A DNA stretch of 64,000 bases from Eledone cirrhosa. Lineage: Eukaryota. Positions 14,404-27,199 of this stretch are shown here, one piece after another. Made by a program: the position numbers and the translations under genes. Below the pieces are notes generated by a model. That model saw nothing but the letters and a program-made list of their open reading frames with translations, was not told the DNA's origin and ran no database searches. The stretch lies in contig OZ024740.1 in assembly GCA_964016885.1 (NCBI GenBank), positions 257,982,001 to 258,046,000 on the forward strand, read 5' to 3'. Every line of letters starts with the position of its first letter. Positions within the stretch are counted from its first letter, which is position 1.

Positions 14404-14433
14404 AGCCAAAGCTTCGACTTTACTACGCTTCCA

Positions 14434-14513
<80 letters not shown>

Positions 14514-14543
14514 TTGAAGCGTAGTAAAATCGAAGCTTTGGCT
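14404..14543. repeat. 33-bp inverted arms flanking (TA)n
   Basis: AGCCAAAGCTTCGACTTTACTACGCTTCCACTT / AAGTTGAAGCGTAGTAAAATCGAAGCTTTGGCT, 2 mismatches. Confidence 0.85.
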
Positions 14544-14661
14544 ATGGCCAAGCTAATGACCTAAAATTAGGAATGAGCACAAAGCACTCGATAAGGTTGC
14601 AGGCCTTAGAGTAATAACATACGCTTAGACAGAGAGAGAGATGCATATGTCTATAAGACTT

Positions 14662-14803
14662 AACTGGTACTTTATTTTATCGTCCCTTGAAGGACTAAAA
14701 GCAAAGGTGACCTCGTTAGGGTATGAACTCAGAACGTAAAGTGCCGGAACAAATACTGCTATGCATTTGACAGGAAATTTAACGATTCTGTGACTTTACC
14801 ACT
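14662..14803 (-). mobile_element. Diverged tRNA-derived SINE
   Basis: CTGGTACTTTATTTTATCG...AAAGCAAAGGTGACCTCG...TGAACTCAGAACG. Confidence 0.7.
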
Positions 14804-15170
14804 CTAATAGAAACAATAATAATAATGATAGTATCAATAATTATAACGACAGTAACAACTACAATAAAAACAACGACAGTAACGAACGATAGTAACAAAA
14901 ACAACAGTTATAAGGAAAGCATCAACGATAGTAACAACAACAGTGACAACAGTAAATGAACAATAACAGTTATAAAGACAGTAACATGACAGCAGTTTAA
15001 TTAGTGTGGTATTCTATATAGAGAGAGGTACGAGGTAAAACTGAAAATAATTGAATTGCTAATGTCTCCACTCCCTGACAAATATATCTGGCATATATAT
15101 CTTAAAATAAAGTACCAGTTATACACTGTGATAATTGCTGGCCTTGTGCCAAAAGTAGAAACAATTATAT

Positions 15171-16083
15171 CCGTCTGGAAGGAAAGAGATATTTATTTAA
15201 TAATGTCTCATATAAAATAATACAACCAGCTATCCACGAAATACTGATTAGTTAGCACCCCAAACACTAAATTGGGATAATACTTAGGTATATCCAAATG
15301 TTTGTTGAGTGAGATGGATTTTGTCGGAGTATCGCTTAAGGCTTTCTTTGTTTATGTATTGAATATATACTCTTGGTGGCCTGATATGATTTCCAGTTAG
15401 AAGGTATGACTCTCTTTATTATTATTATTTTTTATATGAAATACTGATTGATCTTCCTTATATCCCATGTCTGATTTAGCCTTAGAGAATGGCTATGTGT
15501 GTACATGGGTGATCCATACATGTTTAATATCTCTGTGTGTGCATTGGTTGTGTATACATATAGTTATTATTTTAATATCCAATTGAGTTCTTATACACGT
15601 GCTTACTACCTAACAGGTTTAAATGACCAGCGTGTATATTGTTTTATTTTAAGATGACCTCTCTTTACCCTTTTGGGGACAGTGTATATTTTATCTTTGG
15701 GAGGAATGTTGGATTTTCTAATCTACCAGTCTCTTCTATTAATCGATATAATTCTTATATCGATATTATTTGGGCATCCACTGATGAGTTTATAAGAGCC
15801 CGCTTGTGTATAAAACAATAGATTATATACAAGTTTCTACATAACCTGGAAATTATTTATCCCAAATTGTAGAAATCTTATAACGAAACGGCCGTCTGGA
15901 AGGAAAGAGATATTTATTTAATAATGTCTCATATAAAATAATACAACCAGCTATCCACGAAATACTGATTAGTTAGCACCCACACACTAAATTGGGATAA
16001 TACTTAGGTATATCCTAATGTTTGTTGAGTGAGATGGAGTTGGTCGGAGTATCACTTAAGGCTTTCTCTGTTTATGTATTGAA
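15171..16083 (+). mobile_element. Partial tandem (721-bp period) HHR-bearing unit, pLTR/retrozyme-like
   Basis: 15171-15363 repeated at 15892-16083; the repeat starts at CCGTC|TGGA, the HHR cleavage region. Confidence 0.75.
15777..15900 (+). ncRNA. Type I hammerhead ribozyme with branched helix II
   Basis: TCCA-CTGATGA-GTTTATAAGA...TCTTATAAC-GAAA-CGGCCG-TC|TGGA; insert holds hairpins CTTGTGTATAA/TTATATACAAG and TTTCTACA/TGTAGAAA. Confidence 0.8.
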
Positions 16084-16139
16084 TTGTATATGTATATTCA
16101 TATATATATATATACATACGTACATATATATATATATAT

Positions 16140-16715
16140 TAAGAAAACCAACTGTTCTAATAACAAATGTGTTATATATAAAGTAAACCTCCCAGATAAA
16201 CTGTAAAACTAGAAATGTAGTCGATAGTACAGAGGGTACTTGCAGAAACATGACAACGACATACATAGGTGAGACAGCTCGAAGCATAGGAGAAGGAATA
16301 TGCCAACACTGGGGAAAATGAAAAGGAAAAAAAACGGTTCAGTACTATACGAAAACTCCAGACAACAACATGACGGTAACATAGACAACATAGAAATTAA
16401 AATATTTAAACATAGAATGACGCAACAAGTAGGCAAATCAGAGAAAGCCATCGAAATAGAGCTTAGAAAGCCAAAGATAAACAGAAAAAATGATTGGAAT
16501 AACAACACCCAAACAAACTATACTGACTTAAGAGAAATATAAATAAATAAATATATATATATATACACAAGCACAATAACGACAAACACATATAAACACA
16601 CACTAATAAACTAAGATAGATTACAATAACCAAAACACAGTCACCCAAACGCGAACACACACACGCAAACCCATGCGCAGAGACGAAGACAAAATAAATA
16701 AATAAATAAATATAT
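16140..16715 (+). mobile_element. Penelope (Poseidon-like) GIY-YIG remnant plus 3' UTR
   Basis: TEGTCRNMTTTYIGETARSIG...ELRKPKINRKNDW; same family as ORF 37133-37687. Confidence 0.8.
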
Positions 16716-16777
16716 AAAATAAAAAAACGATAAGGTCTGGTTTCTTGTTTATGTCAACATTTATAAAACAAATTTTG

Positions 16778-16840
16778 TATTTTATCTGATGAGGGCGTAC
16801 CAAAATGTGTTGGTACCCCTGAAATATATATAATAAAATA
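16778..16840 (+). ncRNA. Type I hammerhead ribozyme
   Basis: TATTTTAT-CTGATGA-GGGCGTACCAA aatgtg TTGGTACCCCT-GAAA-TATATA-TA|ATAAAATA; perfect 8-bp helix I. Confidence 0.85.
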
Positions 16841-17000
16841 AATATGGCTTTATAAATATTGTTTCCAGAAAACTTGTAGAGTGCTTCGAATCTGTTATAA
16901 ATAAATTTGTTGAATAACCAACAAATTAAATATCTATTTGCTTATATATATATATATATATATAAATTACAGAATAAAACTATGTTCAAAACATGTTATT

Positions 17001-17045
17001 GCTGACAATCGTTTCCTCCAAACATTAGTTTGGATTCTTCGGAGC
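17001..17045 (-). ncRNA. Hammerhead variant (U4 to C)
   Basis: GCT-CCGAAGA-A TCCAAAC taat GTTTGGA G-GAAA-CGATTG-TC|AGC. Confidence 0.6.
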
Positions 17046-17595
17046 TCTGGCAAAGTTTAGACATATAATTAACCTCCTATTCCACAGAACAATTGTAAAG
17101 ATACATAGATGTTAGTGTTGTCATTAGCAGTGTCATATTTAACGAGTGAAGATGATGTGGTCAGTATCGGTGGATGCGAGAAAGATTATAACAAAGATTA
17201 CAACAATTATACAGGAATTAAAGAAGAAAGTTACTCGCAAAACGAGGACATTAGCAGTACATATGCAAGCGTATAGAAAGAGTGCAGATGTGTTAGGCAT
17301 GTATAGAATGAACATGTAAGAAATAAGCAATTGTACTAAGCATATATATCACATATGGCAAAGGTATCACATAATACAATACAGGTATAAAAGCTTATTA
17401 AACAGTCAGAGATGCGTGGATATGAAAAGCAGTTTGTATGAAACGAAAGTTTGGAAGAAACAATTATCAGCAATAAAATATTATGAACATAGTTTTGATT
17501 ATTCTGTAATTTATATTCCGGCTCTGTAAAACATCTGATGTATTTACATTGAGCTATTTTTCTTAATCGTAATAAGGTGGTAATGAATTACTGTC

Positions 17596-17664
<69 letters not shown>

Positions 17665-17753
17665 CATATATATATATATATATATAAGCGTGAACCTAAT
17701 ACCATTTTGTAACTAGTACTCCTGCGTTGCTGTTTTTTGTATTCCGATATATA

Positions 17754-19205
17754 CCGTATTTTTCGGACGATAAGGCGCACTGTCTATGAACGGGTCTACT
17801 TTCATACATAAGGATTATAAGGCGCATATAGCGAAACAAAACTTTTAGGTAGGTTGTCTTTATTCAAGTCATTCACATTAATAACACTCATTGTTGTTCA
17901 CTTGAATAATACAGCAAATACAGAAAATTGTCAAAGTCACTTTAATCCCGTTCCTCTTCTTGATCCACAAACCCATCAAAGTCTTCATCCTTTGTATCTG
18001 AGTTTAACAGTTGGACGATTTGAGCATCCAACATTCCCGGATCACTCTCGTCATCGTCCGAGTCAGTATCGTCGCTGGTACCTGGTTGTTCAGTGATGAT
18101 TCCGGCCTTCACAAAAGCTCAGACGACAGTTTAGACTGATACCTTGGCCCAGGCATCGGTGATCCAGGCATCGATGATCCATTGGTAGACAGTGGTGTAA
18201 ACAACCCGGCGTAGCCTCCTTGTCTTAGTAATGGTGTGCCCGCCTTCTCTCACCCACGGCTCGCAATTTAACCTTAAACGACTCGTTAATACTAATATCT
18301 ACCGGTTAAAGATTTTGGTTAATCCTCCCGAAATGATGGCAAGCTCCGAGTTAGTTTGCTTCAATTGGTTTTTGACGGTATTCGTGAGATGGGCGCGCAT
18401 CGTATCATAGATCAATAGGGACGGAGATGTGTGGAAAAAACCTCCCAGTCTCTTTACGTAGATTTCTCCTAGCCACTCACTCATCTTCTCCTCGTCCATC
18501 CAGCCCTTTGGCTTGACATTGGCGATGACTCCGGTCGGAAACTTTTCCTTTGGCAGTGTTTTCCACTTGAAAATGACCTTGGGTGGTAGCTTCTTGTCAT
18601 TGGCCTGACAACCGAGGACGAATGTGAAAGATGACTTCTTGTTCCCTGTGGTGCGTATAGATACCGTACGGGTCCCTGTTTTCTCAACAGTACGGCTCAT
18701 GGGGATGTCGAAGGTGAGGGGCACCTCGTCCATGCTGGAGATGAGGGCTGTCTGGATCTTCTTTTTAGTGATCTTGTTCTTGCACTAGGTGCGGAAGATG
18801 GCCAGCTTTTCTTCGTAATTCTCTGGCAGCTGCTGCGAGACGGTAGTTCTTGTGCGGATGGAGAGATGACGCCTTTTCATAAAATGAAAGCACCAAAAAT
18901 TGCAAACGAAATCTCCTTGAAAATCGCTGATCTTCATGTCACGTGCCATCGCTGTTACCTTGAGTCGAATGGAAACTGTCGAGACGCTTCTACCTGCTGC
19001 TCTCTGTTCAATGATCCGCTGTTCAATTGTCCTGTAGCTTTGTTCTCTCGGAAACTCTGTTTAGTCTTCTTGACTTGGCGCAGGCCATCTTCTTGCTTCC
19101 TCCACTTCTATACCATTGACTCGATGATGCTGAACTCTTTTGCAGCTGTTCTATTGCCATGTTCTCTTGTGTAACTGATGGCCTTGCGTTTGAAATCCGC
19201 TTGGT
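17754..19205 (-). mobile_element. pogo-family (POGK-like) DNA transposon, one TIR, disrupted transposase
   Basis: TA|CCGTATTTTTCGGACGATAAGGCGCAC end; MDEVPLTFD...KGWMDEE...LLIYDTMRAH DDE_1 domain; N-terminal ADFKRKAISYTREHGNRTAAKEF; abuts a LINE at 19210. Confidence 0.9.
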
Positions 19206-19209
19206 ATAT

Positions 19210-21335
19210 ATCAATCTGGCAGATCTAAATTCACTTTGCGATTCAGGGATGACTGTAGGACAAATGTCTGCCATTAACCTGTTCAACAATAATCTAGCAG
19301 GAACTTTGCCCACAGATTCCAACAGAGTGATGCCACAGTAGTGATCGCAAATTTCTATAGAACTTTGTGTTATTGTAGTACCAGCCCAGCACTCTTTGAT
19401 GAGATGGGGTATTGTTTATGTTATGTTCTTATTATCAACCTTTAACACTTTCACAGGGAGTCCATCCTATCCAGGTGCCTTACCTGTGTTTAATCTGTTG
19501 ATGGCCATTTTAACCTCATTATAATCTGGTAATCGATCGATTTTAAAATGTACAACTAGCATATCATGATCAACTGACAATAGATTATCAAATACATCAC
19601 TGAAGAATTCATGCTAACGCTTAAGGATTCCTTGATAATGGCAGTGTCATCTTTAAACATTATGGGAGCAATACACGAAGTTGTTGGACCATATACTGCA
19701 CACAAAAGACTATACAACAGCTTTGAATCCTTTGCGTTATAAGCACATTGAATACCTTCAGAGAACTTCAACCACTATTTATTTTTAAGCCATCTCAGCT
19801 CGCGTTGTAAGGTGGCTTTATATTATTTTTAATAGCAATTAGATTCGTAGTTCACTCTCCCAAAAACTTTCATGAAGAGCATGTTTGTTCTTTAATATTT
19901 GGCCGAGAACCTGATTATTATCATCAAACTAGTCTTTATGATTATTTTTCTCCTTCAATGCAAGTTCTTCTGTGCCTGCTGTATACAATTGATCCCTGAA
20001 GTTTATCCCCGTTCCATCAAAGCCAATATTATCCAAAAGTTTATTCAAAGCCTCGCGTCCCTCTTGCTGTTTTAGATTTCCAACATCAATGCAGTTCAGT
20101 TGTTTGATCCCACACATACGAGTATTTTTACGAACACATAACTTAAATTTACCCCGGACCATCTTATGGCCTGTGTTGTATTCTGCAATACGCATGACAC
20201 GCACGTTACAGACATCATTCAAGTTACATCTCCGGGTTACTATGCGATCAATCATGTGGCTCTCTTTTGACCTTGGGTGTATCCAAGTAACTTTATGCTT
20301 CTTTATTGGCGGAATAATGTATTGCAAATGGTTAGGTTGAGTTCCGAACAGGGCTCAAGTAGCTTCAGACCATTGACATTCATCTTACCGATGCCGTAAT
20401 GGCCACGTGCATCCCATGACTCACGATCTCCACCACCTCGGGCATTGAAATCACCAAGAATGATCACTTTTTCTTCAACTGGAGTAGATGTAATTGCAAT
20501 ACGCAGAGATTCATAGAACGTCTTAATACTTTCTTCACTGGCCTGGCGAGTTGGAGCATAAACTGACAACATTGTTGCACAACACCCACATGCAAGTGGA
20601 ATGCGCAACTTTATTATAGGTTCACTGATTCTAGAGTGACACTTTAAATGTTTTGCTAGAGTATCTCACACTGCAAAATCTACACCACCATCTCCCAGTC
20701 CTCGTTTCGGTTTCCTTGTCTAAAAAATGTGAAACCTGATGATGGTTCGATCACACCCTGAGAGACGTGTTTCTGACAAAGTTGCAATATCTATATTCAG
20801 CCTCCGGAGTTCTTTCGTTATCAGCGCGGTTTTTCCTTCTAGCCGGTTTGATGAGTTTTGTTCCGAAAGGGTTTAGACATTCCAGCAGCATATAAAGTAT
20901 TTCACTCGATTTTTCATAAATATTTGATTATATCCTTCACTTTTACATTGCTTGCTTGAGTGAACTGCCGGCAGTCGCAGTAAACTACACAACGTTGATG
21001 TGACAGGACATTTTCAATACAGCTTTTCAAGTACGTTCCCAAGAATTTGGGTGTGCACTGCTCTCCCTGATAGGGCTGCTCGGACACAAGAGTTTCCACA
21101 GGGGTTAGCCCCTGTCACAGGAAGACACGACAATGATGTCATCATAAGTCGCAGATTTTATATCAGAGTGACCTTCTCCTAGAGAGATCTTTTAATAAAG
21201 ACTAGGAGTCTCTCACTTCACAAAAAAGCTTTATTGGATGGTTGTTGACTCTCCTGAGTTCCTCCGACCTTTGACGGGTTCGTTATTCATCCATTGTTGG
21301 GGTTGCCGGTTTAGTCGCCGACGACCCGACTATGC
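19210..21335 (-). mobile_element. RTE/BovB-like LINE 5' half (5' UTR, APE endonuclease, start of RT)
   Basis: SVYAPT, ILGDFNARG, TWIHPRSKESHMID, GKVPARLLLNRL...PESQSEFR; many stops and frameshifts. Confidence 0.9.
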
Positions 21336-21427
21336 ACAGGGTTATGTGTATGTATATGTATGTGTATTTATGTGTATATATGTGTATGGGTATGTGTATG
21401 TATTTGTATCTATATGTATGGGTGTGT

Positions 21428-21465
<38 letters not shown>

Positions 21466-21501
21466 ATGCGTATGCGTCTATGTATGTGTATGTTTGTGTG
21501 A

Positions 21502-21546
<45 letters not shown>

Positions 21547-21549
<3 letters not shown>

Positions 21550-22814
21550 GGGTTGGACAAAATAATGGAAACACCTAGCATCATAGCATCATAATTTTGA
21601 AATATCTATAAAACCGTCAAAAGTTTGTTTATTTTTATGTTTTTTTATTTATTATTAGTGTTGCTTAATATGTTTTGTTAAAATTGATGTTTCTTTTTAG
21701 ATATCATCAGAAAAATGTAATTAAAATTCATTAAAATGACAGATCTATCGGACTTACAAAGAGGTCAAATTGCTGGTGCTCGTATGGCAGGCGCTAGCGT
21801 AACGAAAACAGCCGAAATGTTTGGTGTATCAAGAAGTACTGTCTCGAAAGTAATGACAGCCTTTGAAAAAGAGGGAAAAACCTCCTTGTCGAAACAAAAC
21901 TCCGGAAGAAAACCAACACTTTCAGAGAGGTACCGTCGGACTCTTACGCAAATTATTAAAAAGAATCACAAAAGTACAGCTCCCAAAATTACTGCAGAGC
22001 TTAATGACCACTTCTAGAACTCAGTTTCCACAAAAACTGTTCGCCGGGAGCTGCTCAAAGCCGGATTTCATGGGAGGGCTGCAATCAGAAAACCACTACT
22101 TTCAAAAACAAACGTTGCAAAACGTTTAGAGTGGAGTAAAAACCTACAGAATTGATCCCTAGAGCAGTGGAAGAATGTTATTTTCTCGGACGAGTCATCC
22201 TTTACCTTATTTCCGACCACCGGCCGAGTATACGTGTGGAGAAAGAAGCATTTGACCCAGACTGCCTTCTTCCAACTGTTAAACATGGAGGAGGATCTGT
22301 GATGATCTGGGGGGCTATATCTTGGAAATCCGCCGGCCCAATGGTTTCCCTTCATGGCAGAATTAATAGTCAAGACTATTTATGCATTTTATCTGATCAA
22401 TTTCATCCTATGGTTGCGGAACTGTTTCCGGAGGGAAACGCAATCTTCTTTCAGGATAATAATGCACCAATTCACACAGCTAAAGTTGTTACTGAATGGC
22501 ACAAGGAACATTCTAGTAAAGTTGAACATCTTATCTGGCCACCACAGTCCCCAGATCACAATATTATTGAACATTTATGGTGCATATTAGAAAAAAAGTA
22601 AGGAGTCGATATCCTCCACCATCATCACTACAAGAACTGGAGACAGTTTTCGCTGAAGAATGGACAAAAATTCCTTTGGAAACAATTCAAACTTTGTACG
22701 AGTCCATACCTCGTAGAATTCAAGGTGTAATTACTGCCAAAGGCGGTCGTATCCCATATTAAAATAAATTTTTTTGAAATTTTAAGGTGTTTCCATTATT
22801 TAGTCCAACCCTTG
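21547..22814 (+). mobile_element. Full-length Tc1-family transposon (DD36E-like) with decayed transposase
   Basis: TIRs CAGGGGTTGGACAAAATAATGGAAACACCT / AGGTGTTTCCATTATTTAGTCCAACCCTTG inside (TA)n; ORF pieces 21736-22762 with IFSDES, TVKHGGGSVMIWG, WPPQSPDHNIIE. Confidence 0.95.
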
Positions 22815-22816
22815 TA

Positions 22817-22931
<115 letters not shown>

Positions 22932-23269
22932 TAGTGGAATAAGAAATAGAAAGGAAAATATATTTAAGGATCTGTTTTCTTTTTTCTTCTTTCATTTGTC
23001 AAACTGACATTATTGAAAAAATGAGAGGAAAAATTATTTTTTTAAAATGAGTTTTATAATGTATATAAAATATATAAAATATAACCGGTGTGAATCATCT
23101 TATCAAATGTTGAATATTACAATTAAAGAGAATTAAAAACAATTAGAAATTAAAAATCCAAACTTAAGTGTTGAAGATGTCTGTTCATCTTTCTTGTTGC
23201 ACAACAAGAAAGATGAATAGAGCTTTTCATATATATATATATATACATTAAGTTGTAAATTATAATGCA

Positions 23270-24185
23270 TATAACAGAATCCGTTCGACATGCGACAAAA
23301 GCTGTTAGACATAACTTCACAAGTCAGTAATGCACAGACACTGGACAAGTGCATGCAGAACGGTTTTCTCGGCAGGTCCGTCTAACAGCACTTCCGTACT
23401 TTTAGAGCTTATGTCGAACCGGCAGTGACCCCCGGTAACACTGCCAAGCAAGGGATTTCTGGAAGTTATACATCGTCCCCGGTTCGAACGTCCTCCGATA
23501 CAGACTGGTCAGTTCGACTTCGTCGACGCCCAGAACCTCAGTGAGTGCGTCATCGCACTTGCCCACCACCAATACTCCATAGAACTCGAGAGCGGATTTT
23601 CAACTGACCGCATTTCCCACCTGGTAGCGGACAGTGAGTGCCTGGCAACATTCCAGATGCCAGGCACCCAGTCTCGATCTCTTCTTGACCCAAGACTGCA
23701 GCTCAGTCGAAGAGACGAGCTGCGGAAAGCCCGTTTGACAAACGGTGGCCACACCTGTTTACCGTTTAGGCAGAATATCTGGAGATGCCGCAGCCTCAGC
23801 TCATGTTTGCACATCATTAACCACGGCATGTCCAGCCATGCATGCTGGCAACAGATGGGTCGTCTCGCTTGAGCAAAGTTATGGGCCTGAATTTATCTAA
23901 AGTATCCCTTTTGTTCTCCTATTTCCTCACCAGCGTCACTAAGCTCCGGCTCACAAAACAAGGAATACTCCCGTTTTTCTGCCAGTTGCAGTAGAACACT
24001 TCGTAGATATCGTAGGGCTGACCATCCAAACCGGCTGATTTGCACCTGATTTCGGCTGAAATTATCGGCCTTTGCAGCGTTCAACATCGGCAATCGAGAG
24101 ATAAGGTAAGCCATCGAGCTGGGGACTGAAGTCCGCCACCCTCTCCGACTCAGTCTTTCTCCCGAACAGCCAAACTGGCAAAATG
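23270..24185 (-). mobile_element. L1/Tx1-clade LINE ORF2 remnant with internal deletion (pre-RT segment joined to zf-RVT C-terminus)
   Basis: Frames give KSAGLDGQPYDIY, MPWLMMCKHELRLRHL, NFQKSLAWQCYRGSLPVRHKL and TVLHALVQC. Confidence 0.75.
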
Positions 24186-24726
24186 TTTTTGTTATTGGTG
24201 GTGCTGATGATGGTGGAGGTCGTGTTATTGTTGTTGCTGTTGTTGCTGTTGTTGCTGTCGTTGCTGCTGCTGTTGCTTCCCCGTTCTTGTTGTCGTTGCC
24301 GCTGATGCTATCGCCGCTGCCGCTGTTACTGCTGTTACTGCTATTTTTGCTGGCGATGGTGGTATTCTTAGTGATATCTGTATTAGTGGTGATGGTGACA
24401 TTGTTGTTGTTTCTCTTCATTTTCGTGATGCACGCTTTTTTCGAGAATTTTTCCGCCTTGGCAGGAATTGGAGGAGGTGTAACCTCCATTTTTGTTTTAC
24501 AAAATCATTTTATAGCGCAATTTCAAATGTAAACTTCATATATTTGGGCCCAAGGCCCAAATATTCAGGGGAATCCTTTGTTCAGGGCAAATACTGAGGC
24601 TTTATACTCCCTTTGTAACAAAATTATTAAACAAAAAGAAACAAAACAATATAAATGGCGGTACACAAACAAAACTTACAGAGCGTGAACAGCCGCGGTG
24701 TATCGTTCAGAGACAAATAACCATAA

Positions 24727-25370
24727 TAATTCTTTCTACTTTTGGCACAAGGCCAGCAATTACCCCAGTGCATTACTCGTACTTTATTTTATCGACCCAG
24801 TAAGGATGAAAGTCAAATTTAACCTCGGCGGGATTTTGAACTCAGAATAGAAAGGGCCGTAACTCTATGCGTCAAAGCATCGCGTCCGACCCTCTACCGG
24901 GTCACTACAATAAATCTGCCAATTCACTACAATAAATCTGATTTAGGCACAAGACCAACAACTTTGGGTAAGGGGAAGTCGAATAAATGAACCCTAGTGC
25001 ATTACTGGTACTTTATTTTATCGACCTCGTGAGGGTGAAAGACAAATCTAGCCTCGGCAGGAATTCAACTCAGAAATTATATTGGTGGAATAATTACTGT
25101 TAAACTTTTGCCCAATACTCTACCGATCTTAATTATAGTACTGCTCATATCAATGTTATTATTAGGTCAGAATCGCTAGGGCGTCGGACAACATGCTTAG
25201 CGTCATAGAATTGCGGCCCTTTAAGTTCTGAAATCAAAATCCTGCCGAGGTTACCTTTGCCTTTCATCTTTACGGGGTCGATACAATAAAGTATCGGTAT
25301 TGCATTGGAGACGATTTAATCGACTTCCCCTCCCGCCAAAATTGTTGGCCTTGTGCCTAAAGCAGAAACC
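24727..25370. mobile_element. Cluster of three SINE copies (24727-24899 minus, 24940-25128 minus, 25165-25370 plus)
   Basis: Shared core GCCTTTCATC..ACGGGGTCGATA.AATAAAGTA and GGCCTTGTGCC tail. Confidence 0.85.
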
Positions 25371-26184
25371 ACTATTAGGTTTGATATTGTTGTTGCTGCT
25401 GCAATATATGTTTCCAAATTTGATATAAAGATTTTTTTTTTAATCTTTAATTAAACCGCCATTTTCTTTGGACTCCTGTTGTAGCTGTTGCTATCGTTAC
25501 TATTGTCCTTGTTATCGTCCTTTCATTGTAATTATCGTTGTAAATGCTACTGTTGTTGGTAATGGTGTTGTTGTTTTCGTCATTATCGTTGGTGTCGCTG
25601 TTGGTGGTGGTGGTATCGTCTTATGGTTAATGTTATTGCTGTTATCATCGACTCCCCTGTCACTGTTGTTGCTGCTGTCATCGTCGTCACCTTCATGATG
25701 ATGTTGTTCTTATTGCTGTTATCGCAGTCGTTGTCATTGTCGTTGTTTTAGCCGCTATTGTTGATGTTGTTAGTTTTTATCACCCTGCACGTTTTGTGGT
25801 TGTAACTGCTATCGGTTGGCTATGCCAGTCGTCATCGTCGAGGTATTGTTGTTGTTATCGCTGTTGTAATTAATGTTGTATTTGCTCTTCCTGTTGTTTG
25901 CTATAAAGAATTTATTTTATTTAAACTGTTATTTGGATATTTAATTTTTGTCTCCTTTTTCATGTTTTAATTATTTAATTTTTGATATTTTTTCTTTTAA
26001 TTTTTTTTTTTACGAATTAATTCAGAGACAGCAGAAATCAAAATTCAAAAATGGCGTTTCGCCAACTCCGCCCCTACTGTGGAGCCGAATTAATATTTCT
26101 TTCGTAGTGTGATGTTACATATATGAAATGTCGCATGGGTGGAGCAGATTATGTTGTAATTGTTTAACTCCACGACAGCTTTCA

Positions 26185-26900
26185 TGGAGCCGACCTATGA
26201 TACAAAATATATAAGGAAATTAATATGCAAATGGCAGAGCATAAACCTGTAACGTAGATCTTAGGGCGATCGGTGTAACATAGAGTATGGCAAAGCTCGT
26301 CCTTTCAATTACAGTTGCGCTGGTTTGAATCAGCGTTAAATAAAGTTTCTTGCTGAAGGACACCACATGCGCATGTGTTTAGCACCGACGCTTCAGCAAG
26401 CAGGGTAGAGCACTCGTTGAAATACACAAGGGGGGTATATTTATAAAAATGAAGTATAGGTCAATAGGTTATAATTCACTTCGCTATTCTTTATCGCTGT
26501 TATATATATTTCTGAGATAAATGTCGCATAACGGTTATCACCGAAATATATACAACAGCGATAAAGGATAAGCGAAGTGAATTATAACCTATTGACCTAT
26601 ACTTCATTTTTATAAATATACTCCGGAATAAACAGACCCCCTTGTGTATTTCAACGAGTGCTCTACCCTGCTTGCTGAAGCGTCGGTGCTAAACACATGC
26701 GCATGTGGTGTCCTTCAGCAAGAAACTTTATTTCACGCTGATTCAAACCAGTTCAACTGTAATTGAAAGGACGAGCCTTGCCATACTCTATGTTACACCG
26801 AATCTCCCTAAGATCTACGTTACAGGTTTATGATCTTGTAGAATGCTCTGCCATTTGCATATTAATCTCCTTATATATTTTGTATCATAGGTCTGCTCCA
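26185..26900. repeat. ~330-bp-arm fold-back inverted repeat with apex in a hammerhead helix II
   Basis: Arms 26185-26510 and 26543-26900 near identical; right arm starts GAAA-TATA-TA|CAACAG after GATAA...TTATC stem; arms include a CORE-SINE-like piece. Confidence 0.9.
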
Positions 26901-26902
26901 CG

Positions 26903-27008
<106 letters not shown>

Positions 27009-27013
27009 TCCGC

Positions 27014-27199
27014 AACAGTTAGTTCACCATTACCGAGAACAATTATTTCCCCTTATTCAGATCATCAGCTAGGTTTAAAGGAGATTGTACGGAAAAGGAA
27101 AAACTACTGTACGAATATAGAGGTAGTTCCACATTTAAACCGAGCTAATGATGCAAATAAGGTGAAATAATTGTTCTCGGTAATGGTGAACTAACTGTT
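27014..27199. ncRNA. Two inverted imperfect hammerheads (27033-27073 minus; 27140-27180 plus)
   Basis: CCTAG-CTGATGA...GAAA-TAATTG-TT|CTCGG and CCGAG-CTAATGA...GAAA-TAATTG-TT|CTCGG in inverted arms. Confidence 0.65.

Noticed and set aside
23509-24489. Possible host exon (GC-rich ORFs)
   Set aside because: Frameshifted pieces join into L1/Tx1 ORF2 motifs with stops
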